Shown here: positions 9,790-18,793 of the stretch, piece after piece
How the letters are laid out: the number at the start of each line of letters is the position of its first letter
Position numbering within the stretch: the stretch's first letter is position 1
DNA from: an uncultured Alphaproteobacteria bacterium
GTDB lineage: Bacteria > Pseudomonadota > Alphaproteobacteria > CALKHQ01
Reading direction: 5' to 3'
DNA length: 49,122 bases
Assembly (NCBI GenBank): GCA_937988735.1
Contig: CALKHQ010000337.1
Coordinates: 1-49,122 of the forward strand
Made by a program: the position numbers and the translations under genes
The notes under the pieces: generated by a model
What the model saw: the letters and a program-made list of their open reading frames with translations, nothing else
What the model was told of the DNA's origin: nothing
The model's database searches: none

Positions 9790-9836
9790 GCTGCGCTCTC
9801 GGGGAGATGTCTCCATCACCCCATCAAGCAGTCTAT

Positions 9837-10904
9837 TTATATCTCCTCCACCCTCACCGCCCTTCCCAGCTCCTGTGACCGCAACGCCGCGAGCGTGAAC
9901 CGCAGCACCTCGCGGCCCTCCTCGCCGGTCAGCGAGGGGGTGCCGCCTTCGGTCATCACGCGGATCCAGTGGCGGGTGGAGTGGACGAAGCTCGATTCCC
10001 AGTCGGTCTCCATGTCGGAGAAGCCGGTGGTCTCGCCCTCGCGGTAGAGGATCACCGGCGGGCGGTCGCCGATGCGGCCGTGGCCGCGGGTGATCCAGAT
10101 GACGCCTTCCTCGCCCGTGATCTCGACCTGGTCGTCCTGCGGGTAGGTGCGGGTGTGGACCTCCAGCCGCGGCGCGTGGACGGCCTCGAAGTTGCCGAAG
10201 CGGCCGCAGGAGAAGCGCCAGCTCACCATCGCCGGCGCGTCGAGCAGGCCGGCGTCCACCTCGGTCGCGCCGATCCAGGCGTGGACCTCCTCCGCCTGGC
10301 CCATGAAGTACCAGCCGAGCGCGAACTTGTGGTGGCCGTCGTCGAAAATCACCGGGCCGCCGCCGCAGGTCTCCGGGTTGAACCGCCACGCCGCGGCAGA
10401 GGGCGGGATCGGCCAGGCGTTGCGCCCCTTGCCGAAGGTGCTCTTCACCCGGATCGACAGCGGCCGGCCGATGGCGCCGGCGTCGATCAGCGCCTTCGCC
10501 TTCACCACCGGCGGGTAGAACACGAAGTTCTCGAACACCTTGAACACCCGCCCGGCCTGTGCCGCCGCGGCGCACATCGCGTCGGCGTCGGCGACCGAAT
10601 GCGCCATCGGCTTCTGCACCGAGACGTGCTTGCCGGCGGCGAAGGCGGCCAGCGTCGCCGGCTTGTGCAGGTGATGGGGGAGCAGGATCTCGACAGCGTC
10701 GACCTCGTCCACCGCCAGCAGGTCGTCCCAGTTGTCGAACACCCGGCTTTCCGGCACGCCCCAGGCCGCGGCCTGCGTCTTCGCCAGGTCCCGGTTGGCG
10801 TCGCAGACCGCGACGATCTCCGCCTTCGGGTTGGCGATGTACTCCGCCGCATGCAGGCCGGAGATGCGGCCCGTCCCGATGATGCCAACCCGCAGCCTGT
10901 CCAT
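9837..10904 (-). CDS. Gfo/Idh/MocA family NAD(P)-dependent oxidoreductase
   Basis: MDRLRVGIIGTGRISGLHAAEYI... Rossmann N-terminus, followed by the DAVEILLPHHLH and VSVQKPMA blocks characteristic of the family. Confidence 0.85.
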   Translation of the reverse strand: MDRLRVGIIGTGRISGLHAAEYIANPKAEIVAVCDANRDLAKTQAAAWGVPESRVFDNWDDLLAVDEVDAVEILLPHHLHKPATLAAFAAGKHVSVQKPMAHSVADADAMCAAAAQAGRVFKVFENFVFYPPVVKAKALIDAGAIGRPLSIRVKSTFGKGRNAWPIPPSAAAWRFNPETCGGGPVIFDDGHHKFALGWYFMGQAEEVHAWIGATEVDAGLLDAPAMVSWRFSCGRFGNFEAVHAPRLEVHTRTYPQDDQVEITGEEGVIWITRGHGRIGDRPPVILYREGETTGFSDMETDWESSFVHSTRHWIRVMTEGGTPSLTGEEGREVLRFTLAALRSQELGRAVRVEEI

Positions 10905-11045
10905 GATGGCTTTCCCCCCGATCGTGCGACGCCGTTGTTGCCGGCCTTGCCCATGAGATCACACCGCCTGCGCGCGGAATGCAATGCAGTCGGGCGGGCA
11001 GGGGCGCAGATCGGGCCGCGGGGGAGGGCGGGCTGGTCGGAAGGG

Positions 11046-11837
11046 CTAGCCCAGCCGTTCCAGCCACAGGCTGCCGGGCGGCGCGTCCGGGGCGGCGGGG
11101 AGGCGTCCGGCGACCGAGGCGGCGACGGCTGCGTCCATGCGGGTGGCGGCATAGTGGCTCGCCCACAGCGGCCGCCAGCCGCCGGCGCCGATCAGCGCGC
11201 CCACCGCCTGGCTCTCGTTGTACCCGCGCCACGCCCACGCCTCGGGGTAGGGGTCGGGCAGCATGATGTCGTGGAAGTGCACCAGCACCCCCGGCGGCAG
11301 CGTCGGCAGCACCCCGTTGAGGATCAGGTCCACGTCCGTCCCCGGCATCAGGATGTGGCTGGAATCGACGCTGAGCAGGTCGCCGGGCCCCAGCGCCGCG
11401 AACAGAGCCGGGTCCGCCTCCTGCACCACCGTCGCCTCCCAGCGGGCGGCGAGCCCGGTCAGCGTCGCCCGCGGCTGCGGGTCGATGGCGACGAGTTCGG
11501 TGGCGAGCCCGCCGTCGGCGATGGCGCGGGCGAGGAAGCGGGTGGAATGGCCGGCGCCGACCTCGACGATCCGTCGCGGCCGCCGCTCGCGGACCATGAC
11601 GTAGGCGACGGCGGCATCCAGCGTCGGGAACCAGTCCTGCCGCCAGCGCGGCGCGCCGGGCGTGGTGGGGTCCGCCGGGATCGCCTGCAGGGCGGCGGCA
11701 TGGGCGTCGCAGGCGGCGAGCACGTCACGGAAGGCGGGCTCGGCGGCGGCGAGCAGGCGTTCGATCGCGGGATAGGCCATCCGCGCGCTGACGGAGGCCC
11801 GGTAGCGGTAGGGGATGAAGAACCCCGGCCGGCTCAC
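11046..11837 (-). CDS. class I SAM-dependent methyltransferase (Methyltransf_24-like)
   Basis: This is the 3' part of ORF 11046..12086. It has the SAM-binding motif IVEVGAGHSTRFLA and the downstream blocks LLSVDSSHILMPGTD and VLVHFHDIMLPD. The start is either GTG 11837, which overlaps the MBL gene stop as GTGA, or ATG 11780 (MAYPAIERLL). Confidence 0.7.
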   Translation of the reverse strand: MSRPGFFIPYRYRASVSARMAYPAIERLLAAAEPAFRDVLAACDAHAAALQAIPADPTTPGAPRWRQDWFPTLDAAVAYVMVRERRPRRIVEVGAGHSTRFLARAIADGGLATELVAIDPQPRATLTGLAARWEATVVQEADPALFAALGPGDLLSVDSSHILMPGTDVDLILNGVLPTLPPGVLVHFHDIMLPDPYPEAWAWRGYNESQAVGALIGAGGWRPLWASHYAATRMDAAVAASVAGRLPAAPDAPPGSLWLERLG

Positions 11838-12664
11838 ACCTGGAGCACCAGCCCTTCGCGGGCAACCACGGTGCCCGGGCGCGCGGCCTCGGCCTCGGCG
11901 GCCACCCTGTCCATGAAGGCGTCGTCGTGGGAGGGGTCGTGGTGGAACAGCACGCAGGTGCCGACCCCGGCGGCGTCGGCCACCCGCACCGCCTCCTGCC
12001 AGGTGGAATGGCCCCAGCCGATGAAGCGCTGGAATTCCTCGTCCGTGTAGGTGCTGTCGTAGATCATCATGTCGGCGCCGGCGCAAAGGTCCACGACCCG
12101 CTGGTCCACGATGCCGGGCCTGTGCTCGGTGTCGGTGATGTAGCAGACGGCGCGGCCGTCATATTCGATGCGGTAGCCGCAGGCGCCGTTGGGGTGGTTC
12201 AGCGCGCCGGTCTTCACCCGGATGTCGCCGTTGATCTTCAGCGTCTCCCCGCAGCTGAAGTCCTGGTAGGTGACGTCGGCGGCGAACACCGAGGGCGGGA
12301 TCGGGAACAGCGGCGCCATCATCAGCTCGCACAGCACCTTGCGCACGTTCGACGACGGCAGCAGGTGCCCGGCGCGCATCTTGATGCTGTAGCCCTTGCA
12401 GTAGATCGGGGCGAAGAAGGGCAGCCCGCAGATGTGGTCGAAATGGGTGTGGGTCAGCAGCAGGTTGGCCGATTTCGTGTCGCCCTGCAGCATCGCCTTG
12501 CCCAGCGGCCGGATGCCGGTTCCCGCGTCGAGGATGATCAGTTCGTCGCCGCAGCGCACCTCGATGCAGGAGGTGTTGCCGCCGTAGCGCTGATACGCCG
12601 GGCCGGGAGTGGCAATGCTGCCACGGACTCCCCAGAACTTGACGCTGAACCCGTGCTTGGCCAT
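11834..12664 (-). CDS. MBL-fold metallo-hydrolase (Lactamase_B_2 / PhnP-RNaseZ-like)
   Basis: Starts at ATG 12664 inside ORF 11834..13855 (MAKHGFSVKFWGVRGSIATPG...). It has the metal motif LLTHTHFDHICG, and later DSTY and HHD. Confidence 0.85.
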   Translation of the reverse strand: MAKHGFSVKFWGVRGSIATPGPAYQRYGGNTSCIEVRCGDELIILDAGTGIRPLGKAMLQGDTKSANLLLTHTHFDHICGLPFFAPIYCKGYSIKMRAGHLLPSSNVRKVLCELMMAPLFPIPPSVFAADVTYQDFSCGETLKINGDIRVKTGALNHPNGACGYRIEYDGRAVCYITDTEHRPGIVDQRVVDLCAGADMMIYDSTYTDEEFQRFIGWGHSTWQEAVRVADAAGVGTCVLFHHDPSHDDAFMDRVAAEAEAARPGTVVAREGLVLQV

Positions 12665-12801
12665 CAACCGGGAACGACCCCTTTCACCTGCCTGTCCGTG
12701 GTCGGCCGTGGACATCCGCCGTCCCGGCGGGTGTCTGTGCACTTTCGCACAAAAGCCCGGGCAGACCATGGCATATATGCAACCCCTTCCCCAGACCAAG
12801 T

Positions 12802-14074
12802 GATGGCCATCACAACATCCGCCCCGCGTCCCCGCGACATCCCGCCGCCGGCGCCGGGGCCGGCCGGGCGCGAGCGCACCGACTGGCTCGGCATCGCCTT
12901 CGGCCTCGCCCTGGGGTCGCTCGCCGGCTACCACCAGTTCAAGCTGCCCCCGGCGCTTCCGGTGATGCTGCGCACATACGGCTTCGACGAGACCTTCGCC
13001 GGCGCGCTGATGTCCGTCTATGCCGTGATCGGCATGCTGTTCTCGGGCGCGATCGGCGCCTGGCAGAGCCGGCAGGGCATGGCGCCCTTCCTCCACGTCG
13101 CGCTCGCGCTGCTCGCCGCCGGTAATGTGGTCGGCCTCATGGCGCCGGAAAGCCCGCCGCTGCTGCTCCTCGGCCGCGCGGCGGAGGCGGCCGTCTTCGC
13201 CATCCTCGCCATCAACTGCCCGCTGCTCTGCGCCCGCCATGCGAGTCCGCGCCACCGCATAATCGCGGTCGCCATCGGCGCGACCTGGATCCCGGTTGGC
13301 CAGCTCTGCGCCATCGCGCTCGGCGCGGCGACGCTGCCGGCGGGGGACTGGCAGGCGCTGTGGTGGGGCGGGCTCGTCGCCTGCGCCGCCTTCGCCGCGC
13401 TTGCCGTGGCGCTCTCCCGCCGCCTCGACCTGTCGCCGCCGCAGGCGCCGGGCCGAAACCGGCTCGATGCCGCCGACCGCGGCCGGCGCGCGGCGGTGGT
13501 GCTGACCGCCACCCTGTTCATGCTGTGGTCCACCCAGCTCATCGCCTACTTCACCTGGCTGCCGGAGGTGCTGGTCAGCGCCTTCGCGCTGGACGCCGCG
13601 CAGGCGGCGGTGGCCTATGCGGTGCCCGTGGCCACCGTGCTCGCGTTCAACCTCGCCGGCGGCTGGCTGCTGCGCCACGGGGCCGCGGTGGCGCCGCTGC
13701 TCGCCGTGTCGCTGGCGCTGCAGCTTGCGGTGTGGGTGGCGCTGCCGTGGACGCAGACGGACTGGACGGGCGTCGTATCGCTGCTGGTCTACGGCGCCGG
13801 TGCCGGCGTCACGCCGACCTGCCTGTACGCGCTGCCGTCGCTGCTGTTCGGCCACCGGCCGCCGTCGTCGGCCTTCGCCACGCTGATGACCGGGCGCAGC
13901 CTCGGCGTGCTGGTCGGCCCGCTGCTGCTGGCGCAGGCCTTCGCTCTCACTGGCGACTGGAACGTCGCCTCACCGATCTTCGCCGTCGCCAGCGCGCTCG
14001 CGGTGGCGGGGGCGGTCGTGCTGCACCGCCGGCTGCAGCGGCTCGGTCTGGGCCGTCACCAGCACGGCGGGTGA
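12802..14074 (+). CDS. MFS transporter
   Basis: Starts at ATG 12802 inside ORF 11927..14074 (MAITTSAPRP...). It has about 12 hydrophobic segments and is divergent from the MBL gene. Confidence 0.8.
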
Positions 14075-14899
14075 GGGCGCCGGCCGCGCCATCCGCCGGG
14101 GCGACAGCAGCGCCTCGATCGAGGCGAAGGCGCCCCAGCAGGCGTGCCAGTACCGCCGCCAGCCGAAGCGGCCGGCGCGGAACACCCGCCAGTGGTCCAC
14201 CCAGACGAACAGCATCGCCAGCAGCAGGAACAGCCGCTGCACGCGGATGCGGAACCGCACCGCCGCTGGCCCGCGGGACAGCCGCACCCGGCCGAGCGTG
14301 CCGGCCTGGAACACGACATGGGTGCGCTCGTCGCGCAGGATCTCCGCGCAGATCGAGCGCAGGGCCAGCGACCCGGTCGCCCGCGCCAGCGCCTGGTAGT
14401 AGACCAGCGCCACCAGCTCGGCCGTCAGCAGGACGGAGAGGGCGAGGTCGAGCCCGCCCAGCTTGCGCACCCGGCGGAAGATGCTGTCGGACCAGTGGCG
14501 GCGCATCAGCGGCAGTCCCTGGCCTTCCATGAACCGCGCCAGCTCGGCGGCGTGGCGCTGCTCCTCGCGGACGAACAGCCGCACCGCCTCCGCGAAGGCG
14601 AGGTCGCCGGAGCGGGCGGCGTGCAGCTCGGCATGGTGCAGCAGGAAGCGGCCGTCGGAGCTCTCGCCGAGCTGGAACTTGGCCATCGACCGGCGGATGG
14701 CGCGGCGCTCGGCGGCGGTCAGGCGGTAGCCGTCGTCCCAGCGGATCGCGCGGGGCGCGGCCAGGTTCATGCGGAAGTGCGCCACCCACGGCCCCGCCGG
14801 CCCGAAGGGCGCCGGATCCAGCGCCCGCTCCGGTCGCCCGGCGGCCGCCGCCTCGCGCCGCAACCCCCGCCGCGAAAGGCTGCCGATCAGTCCGCGCAT
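13970..14899 (-). CDS. ferritin-like di-iron carboxylate protein, function unknown
   Basis: 309-aa ORF with good GC3. It has two EXXH motifs (REEQRHAAEL and RDERTHVVF), each preceded by a conserved Glu-containing helix (QLGESSDG, LTAELVAL). A hydrophobic segment lies near the C-terminus. The last 105 nt overlap the convergent MFS gene. Confidence 0.6.
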   Translation of the reverse strand: MRGLIGSLSRRGLRREAAAAGRPERALDPAPFGPAGPWVAHFRMNLAAPRAIRWDDGYRLTAAERRAIRRSMAKFQLGESSDGRFLLHHAELHAARSGDLAFAEAVRLFVREEQRHAAELARFMEGQGLPLMRRHWSDSIFRRVRKLGGLDLALSVLLTAELVALVYYQALARATGSLALRSICAEILRDERTHVVFQAGTLGRVRLSRGPAAVRFRIRVQRLFLLLAMLFVWVDHWRVFRAGRFGWRRYWHACWGAFASIEALLSPRRMARPAPSPAVLVTAQTEPLQPAVQHDRPRHRERAGDGEDR

Positions 14900-15013
14900 G
14901 AACGGTCTCCCCGCGCCGCTGTCCGGGTCGCAGGATGGCGGGCCGGGCGAGGCGGCGCAAGCGCCCTGCCGTCACTCCGTCTTGCCGGGCCCGGGCCGGA
15001 TCCGCCCCCGCGC

Positions 15014-16501
15014 TCAGGCGCCCGGCTCGGCCGCGTCGTCGGCTTCGTCCGCGTCGGCCTCGAAGCCGGGGAACTGGATGATCGAGCCACTCTCCGGCAG
15101 TGGGAGCTCCTCGACTGTGCGCAGCTTGCGCTCCACCGCGCGGGTGCGCCGGCCGGCCTCGTCCACGGTCCGCTTCGCCGTGTCGAGCTGCTTGCCGAGC
15201 TTCTCCCACACCTCGCCGTACTTGCGGAACTCGGCCTTGGCGGCGGCGAGGACCTGCCACACCTCCGACGAGCGCTTCTCGATCGCGAGCGTGCGGAAGC
15301 CCATCTGCAGGGCGCTCAGCACCGCGGTCAGCGTCGTCGGCCCGGTCACCATCACCCGATGCTGCGCCTGCAGGTCGCTGCACAGACCGGGCCGGCGCAC
15401 GACCTCCGCAAACAGGCCCTCCGTCGGCAGGTACATGATGGCGAAGTCGGTAGACTGCGGGGGATGGATGTACTTCTCGCAGATCGTCTTCGCCTGCTGC
15501 CGCACCGCGCGCTCCAGCGCCGCCGCCGCCCGCTCCGTCTCCTCCGGGGTTCCCGCCTCCTGCGCCGCCAGCAGGCGGTCGTAGTCCTCGTGCGGAAACT
15601 TGGCGTCGATCGGCAGCCAGATCGGGTCGCCGTCCCGCGCGCCGGGCAGGCGGATGGCGAACTCGACCGATTCCAGGCTCTCGGGCCGGATGCGCACGTT
15701 CTTCGCGTACTGGTCCACCGTCAGCATGTCGTCCAGCAGCATGCCGAGCTGGATCTCGCCCCAGCGCCCGCGCGACTTGACGTTGGTCAGCACCCGCTTC
15801 AGGTCGCCGACGCCGCTCGCTAGCGTCTGCATCTCGCCCAGCCCGCGGTGCACCTGCTCCAGCCGCTCGCTGACCAGGCGGAAGCTCTCGCCGAGCCGCG
15901 TCTCCAGCGTGCCCTGCAGCTTCTCGTCCACGGTGGCCCGCATCTGCTCCAGCTTCGCCTCGTTCTCCTTGCGGAGCTGCTCGAGGCTGCCGTGCAGGGT
16001 CTCGCGGATCGCTTCCTGCTTCTTCGCGTTGGATTCGGTCAGGCTGTCGATCCTGGCGGCGACGCCCTCCAGCCCCTCCTTCTGCTCGCGGCGCGCCTCG
16101 GCGTGGGCCTTCTCCAGCCGATCGGCCAGCTCGCGCACCTGCTGGTTGGTCTCGCCCAGCCGCCTGGCCTGGCTGTCGGCGAAGGACTCGGTGCTGCGGG
16201 CGAGTTCCGCGCGGATGTCCGCAAGCTGCTGGTTCTGCTGCTGGCCGAACGAGGCCAGCCGGGTCTCGAGCTGCGACTGGTGACCCTGCAGGATCTGGCG
16301 CAGCTCCTCCCGGTTCTGCCGGCCCTCCTCGCGGATGGCGGGCGCGATCCCGTCCAGCTTCTGCTCGAAGGCGGCCAGCTTCGGCTGCAGGTCGCGGATC
16401 ACCCGCGTCTGGCGTGCGACCTGGCCCAGCAGGAGAAGGCAAAGAAAGGCCGCGGCGCCGGCAAGGGCCGCGGCGGCGATGGCAAGGTAGAGCTCCGTCA
16501 T
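15014..16501 (-). CDS. rmuC: DNA recombination protein RmuC
   Basis: Starts at ATG 16501 inside ORF 15014..16597 (MTELYLAIAAAALAGAAAFL, a TM anchor). A long coiled-coil follows, then the RmuC blocks LPIDAKFPHEDY, FAIMYLPTEGLF and VTGPTTLTAVL. Confidence 0.85.
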   Translation of the reverse strand: MTELYLAIAAAALAGAAAFLCLLLLGQVARQTRVIRDLQPKLAAFEQKLDGIAPAIREEGRQNREELRQILQGHQSQLETRLASFGQQQNQQLADIRAELARSTESFADSQARRLGETNQQVRELADRLEKAHAEARREQKEGLEGVAARIDSLTESNAKKQEAIRETLHGSLEQLRKENEAKLEQMRATVDEKLQGTLETRLGESFRLVSERLEQVHRGLGEMQTLASGVGDLKRVLTNVKSRGRWGEIQLGMLLDDMLTVDQYAKNVRIRPESLESVEFAIRLPGARDGDPIWLPIDAKFPHEDYDRLLAAQEAGTPEETERAAAALERAVRQQAKTICEKYIHPPQSTDFAIMYLPTEGLFAEVVRRPGLCSDLQAQHRVMVTGPTTLTAVLSALQMGFRTLAIEKRSSEVWQVLAAAKAEFRKYGEVWEKLGKQLDTAKRTVDEAGRRTRAVERKLRTVEELPLPESGSIIQFPGFEADADEADDAAEPGA

Positions 16502-16678
16502 CGTTGTCCCTGCGCGATCCGGACTGCCGCACGGATCAGGCGGCGGTCCGCGATCCCGGGCGACTCGAGGAGTGGAACGGCATTGTCCGCCGTGCAACCG
16601 GGCGATGTCCAGCCCGGCGGGCCGCTCTACGTCCGCGGGTTTCCGGGCGGGGGCGGAGCGGCCCCTGCCGTGCCCGCG

Positions 16679-17545
16679 CTACTGCCCGAACATGCCGGCC
16701 GGCACCGCGCCGGCGAGAAACGGCTCGATGAAGGCGACCAGCAGCTCCGGCTGGGTGATGACGGCGGTGTGGGAGGTGGCCGGCATCACCGCGAGGCGCG
16801 ATTCCGGCAGTGGCTGGCCCATGTCGCCCATCACCCCGCCGCCGAGCAGGCGGAACAGGGCGACCGAATGCTCCAGCGTCACCACGTCGGCGTCGCCGGT
16901 GATGATCAGCACCGGCGTCTCCAGCGCCCGCACCTCCGCTTCCCAGGCCATCGGCTCGTGCTCCAGCCGGATCAGCTTCTCGACCAGCGCGGGGAAGCCG
17001 TCCGGGTCGGCGGCGAGCCGGCGGAACTCCTCGGCGAAGGGCATGTCGAGGAACATCTCCACCGTCAGGTGCGGGATGAACTCGCGGAACGCCGGCTGCC
17101 AGCCTTCCACGTCATAGGCGACGGAGGCGGCGACCAGCCGGTCCACCTTCTCCGGATGGCGGATGGCGAGCTGCAGCCCGGCGGCGGCGCCCATCGAGTC
17201 GCCGAACACGTCCGCCCGCTCGAGCCCCACCGCGTCCATGAACGCGGCCACGTCGTCGGCGAGGTTGGGATAGGTGATCGGGCGGTCGATGTCGGTGGTG
17301 CGGCCGTGCCCCTGGAACTCCAGCGCATAGACCCGGTGGTTCTCGGCGAGCATCGGGATGATCGCACCCATCGCCGGGATGTTCATGTAGGCGCCGTGCA
17401 GCACCACCAGCGGATCGCCGGCGCCCGAGACTTCGTAGTACATCTGCATCCCGTTGACCTCGACCCGGTCGCCGACGGCCCCGGTCTGGGCGGAGGCGGG
17501 GCCTGTGGCGGCGAGGCAGGCGGCAATGAGGGCGGTGCGGACCAT
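16679..17545 (-). CDS. secreted alpha/beta-fold hydrolase
   Basis: Signal peptide MVRTALIAACLAATGPASAQ. Blocks LVVLHGAYMN, GHGRT and the nucleophile elbow FGDSMGA. Confidence 0.85.
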   Translation of the reverse strand: MVRTALIAACLAATGPASAQTGAVGDRVEVNGMQMYYEVSGAGDPLVVLHGAYMNIPAMGAIIPMLAENHRVYALEFQGHGRTTDIDRPITYPNLADDVAAFMDAVGLERADVFGDSMGAAAGLQLAIRHPEKVDRLVAASVAYDVEGWQPAFREFIPHLTVEMFLDMPFAEEFRRLAADPDGFPALVEKLIRLEHEPMAWEAEVRALETPVLIITGDADVVTLEHSVALFRLLGGGVMGDMGQPLPESRLAVMPATSHTAVITQPELLVAFIEPFLAGAVPAGMFGQ

Positions 17546-17677
17546 TGAGGTTCTCCTTCGATCGGTGTCCGTGCGCCGTCGCCGGACCGGCGACGCTGCC
17601 GGAAGGACGAACGGGGCGGCGCCGTTCCGACAGGCGAGACAGGGCGACCTGCACGTCCAGGGCCACGCCGGCCGCGC

Positions 17678-17818
17678 TCAGCGCCGGTCCGGCACCCGGG
17701 CGCCGAGGTCGGTGAGGAGGTCGTCGCCGGCGCCGTGGCCGCGCACGTGGAAGAAGCCGGCGTCGCGGCAGGCCTGCCCGGTCTCTGCCGCCAGCCGCTT
17801 CCGTATGGTCAACGCCAT
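17678..17818 (-). pseudogene. possible remnant of the N-terminal (DIOX_N) part of a 2OG-Fe(II)/isopenicillin-N-synthase family oxygenase
   Basis: My translation is MALTIRKRLAAETGQACRDAGFFHVRGHGAGDDLLTDLGARVPDRR*. The ACRD.GFF.V.GHG block is the hallmark N-terminal motif of this family. Only about 46 codons remain, and I could not find a continuation in any frame. Confidence 0.35.
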
Positions 17819-17859
17819 GCTGTTGGCGCTGCGGGACCCGGGCTGAACCCGGGCCTGGT

Positions 17860-18690
17860 TCAGAGGCCGAGCACGTCGGCGATGCCGTAGAGACCCGGCT
17901 TCTGGCCGGCGGCCCACTTGGCCGCGCGCAGCGCGCCCTGGGCGAAGATGCTGCGGTCGGCGGCGATGTGGGCAAGCTCGATACGCTCGTCGGGCCCGGC
18001 GAAGATCACCTTGTGCTCGCCCACCACCGTGCCGCCGCGCAGGGTCGCGAAGCCGATGTCGCCGTCGCGCCGCGGGCCGGTATGGCCGTCGCGGACCGCC
18101 TGGCGGACGGTGGCGAGATCCACGCCGCGCCCTTCCGCCGCGGCGCGGCCGAGGGCGAGCGCCGTGCCGGACGGCGCGTCCACCTTGCGCCGGTGGTGCA
18201 TCTCGAGGATCTCGATGTCCCACTCCGGGCCCAGGGTCGCGGCGATCTGGCGGGTCAGCGCGCTCAGCAGCGCCACCCCGATGCTCATGTTGGCGGCATA
18301 GACGATGGCGGTGTGCCGCGCCGCCCGCTCCAGCGCCGCTTCCTGCTGCGGGTCGAGGCCGGTGGTGCCGATGACGTGGGCGCAGCGCGCCTGGGCGGCG
18401 AGCGCCGCATGCTCCACGGTGGCCGCGGGCGCGGAGAACTCCAGCGCGACGTCGGCCTGGGCGAACAGGGGCGCCGTGTCGCTGGTGGCGACGATGCCCA
18501 GCGAGCCGATGCCGGCAAGCGCGCCGAGGTCGCTGCCCTCCTCGGGCGCGCCCGGTTCCACCGACCCGCCCACCAGCCGCACCTGCGCGTCCGCTGCCGC
18601 GGCGCGCACCAGCATCCGGCCCATACGGCCGGCGCAGCCGATCACGGCGACGCGGATCGGGTCCGTCCGCTCCACCGCCGCTTGCGTCAT
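17860..18690 (-). CDS. dapB: 4-hydroxy-tetrahydrodipicolinate reductase
   Basis: Starts at ATG 18690 inside ORF 17860..18765 (MTQAAVERTDPIRVAVIGCAGRMGRML...). It has EILEMHHRRKVDAPSGTAL and a GEHKVIF block. Confidence 0.95.
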   Translation of the reverse strand: MTQAAVERTDPIRVAVIGCAGRMGRMLVRAAAADAQVRLVGGSVEPGAPEEGSDLGALAGIGSLGIVATSDTAPLFAQADVALEFSAPAATVEHAALAAQARCAHVIGTTGLDPQQEAALERAARHTAIVYAANMSIGVALLSALTRQIAATLGPEWDIEILEMHHRRKVDAPSGTALALGRAAAEGRGVDLATVRQAVRDGHTGPRRDGDIGFATLRGGTVVGEHKVIFAGPDERIELAHIAADRSIFAQGALRAAKWAAGQKPGLYGIADVLGL

Positions 18691-18793
18691 GCAACCTTCT
18701 CCCGCTTTCGGTCTACCGCCCCGGCCCGAAAAGTGACAAAGTTCGCTCGCGATGACCAGCCGCAACCAGCACCTCCTTTTCTAGGCCGCGCCC

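Noticed and set aside
9817-11238. Upstream extension of ORF 8956..11238 (760 aa)
   Set aside because: The frame stays open through the Gfo/Idh/MocA gene in a different frame from the real one. The composition switch at ~9836 and the ATGs at 9816/9789 mark the true start of the low-GC gene.
13947-16532. 861-aa minus ORF and 559/566-aa plus ORFs across the rmuC region (also 25466..28249, 1727..3055, 11834..13855 upstream part, 31974..33758, 21385..23382)
   Set aside because: They are out-of-frame or antisense to genes with strong family signatures (RmuC, CoxL-like, RapZ, MFS, LtaE, TpsB). Composition is dominated by R, A, G and P. Only the motif-bearing frames were kept.
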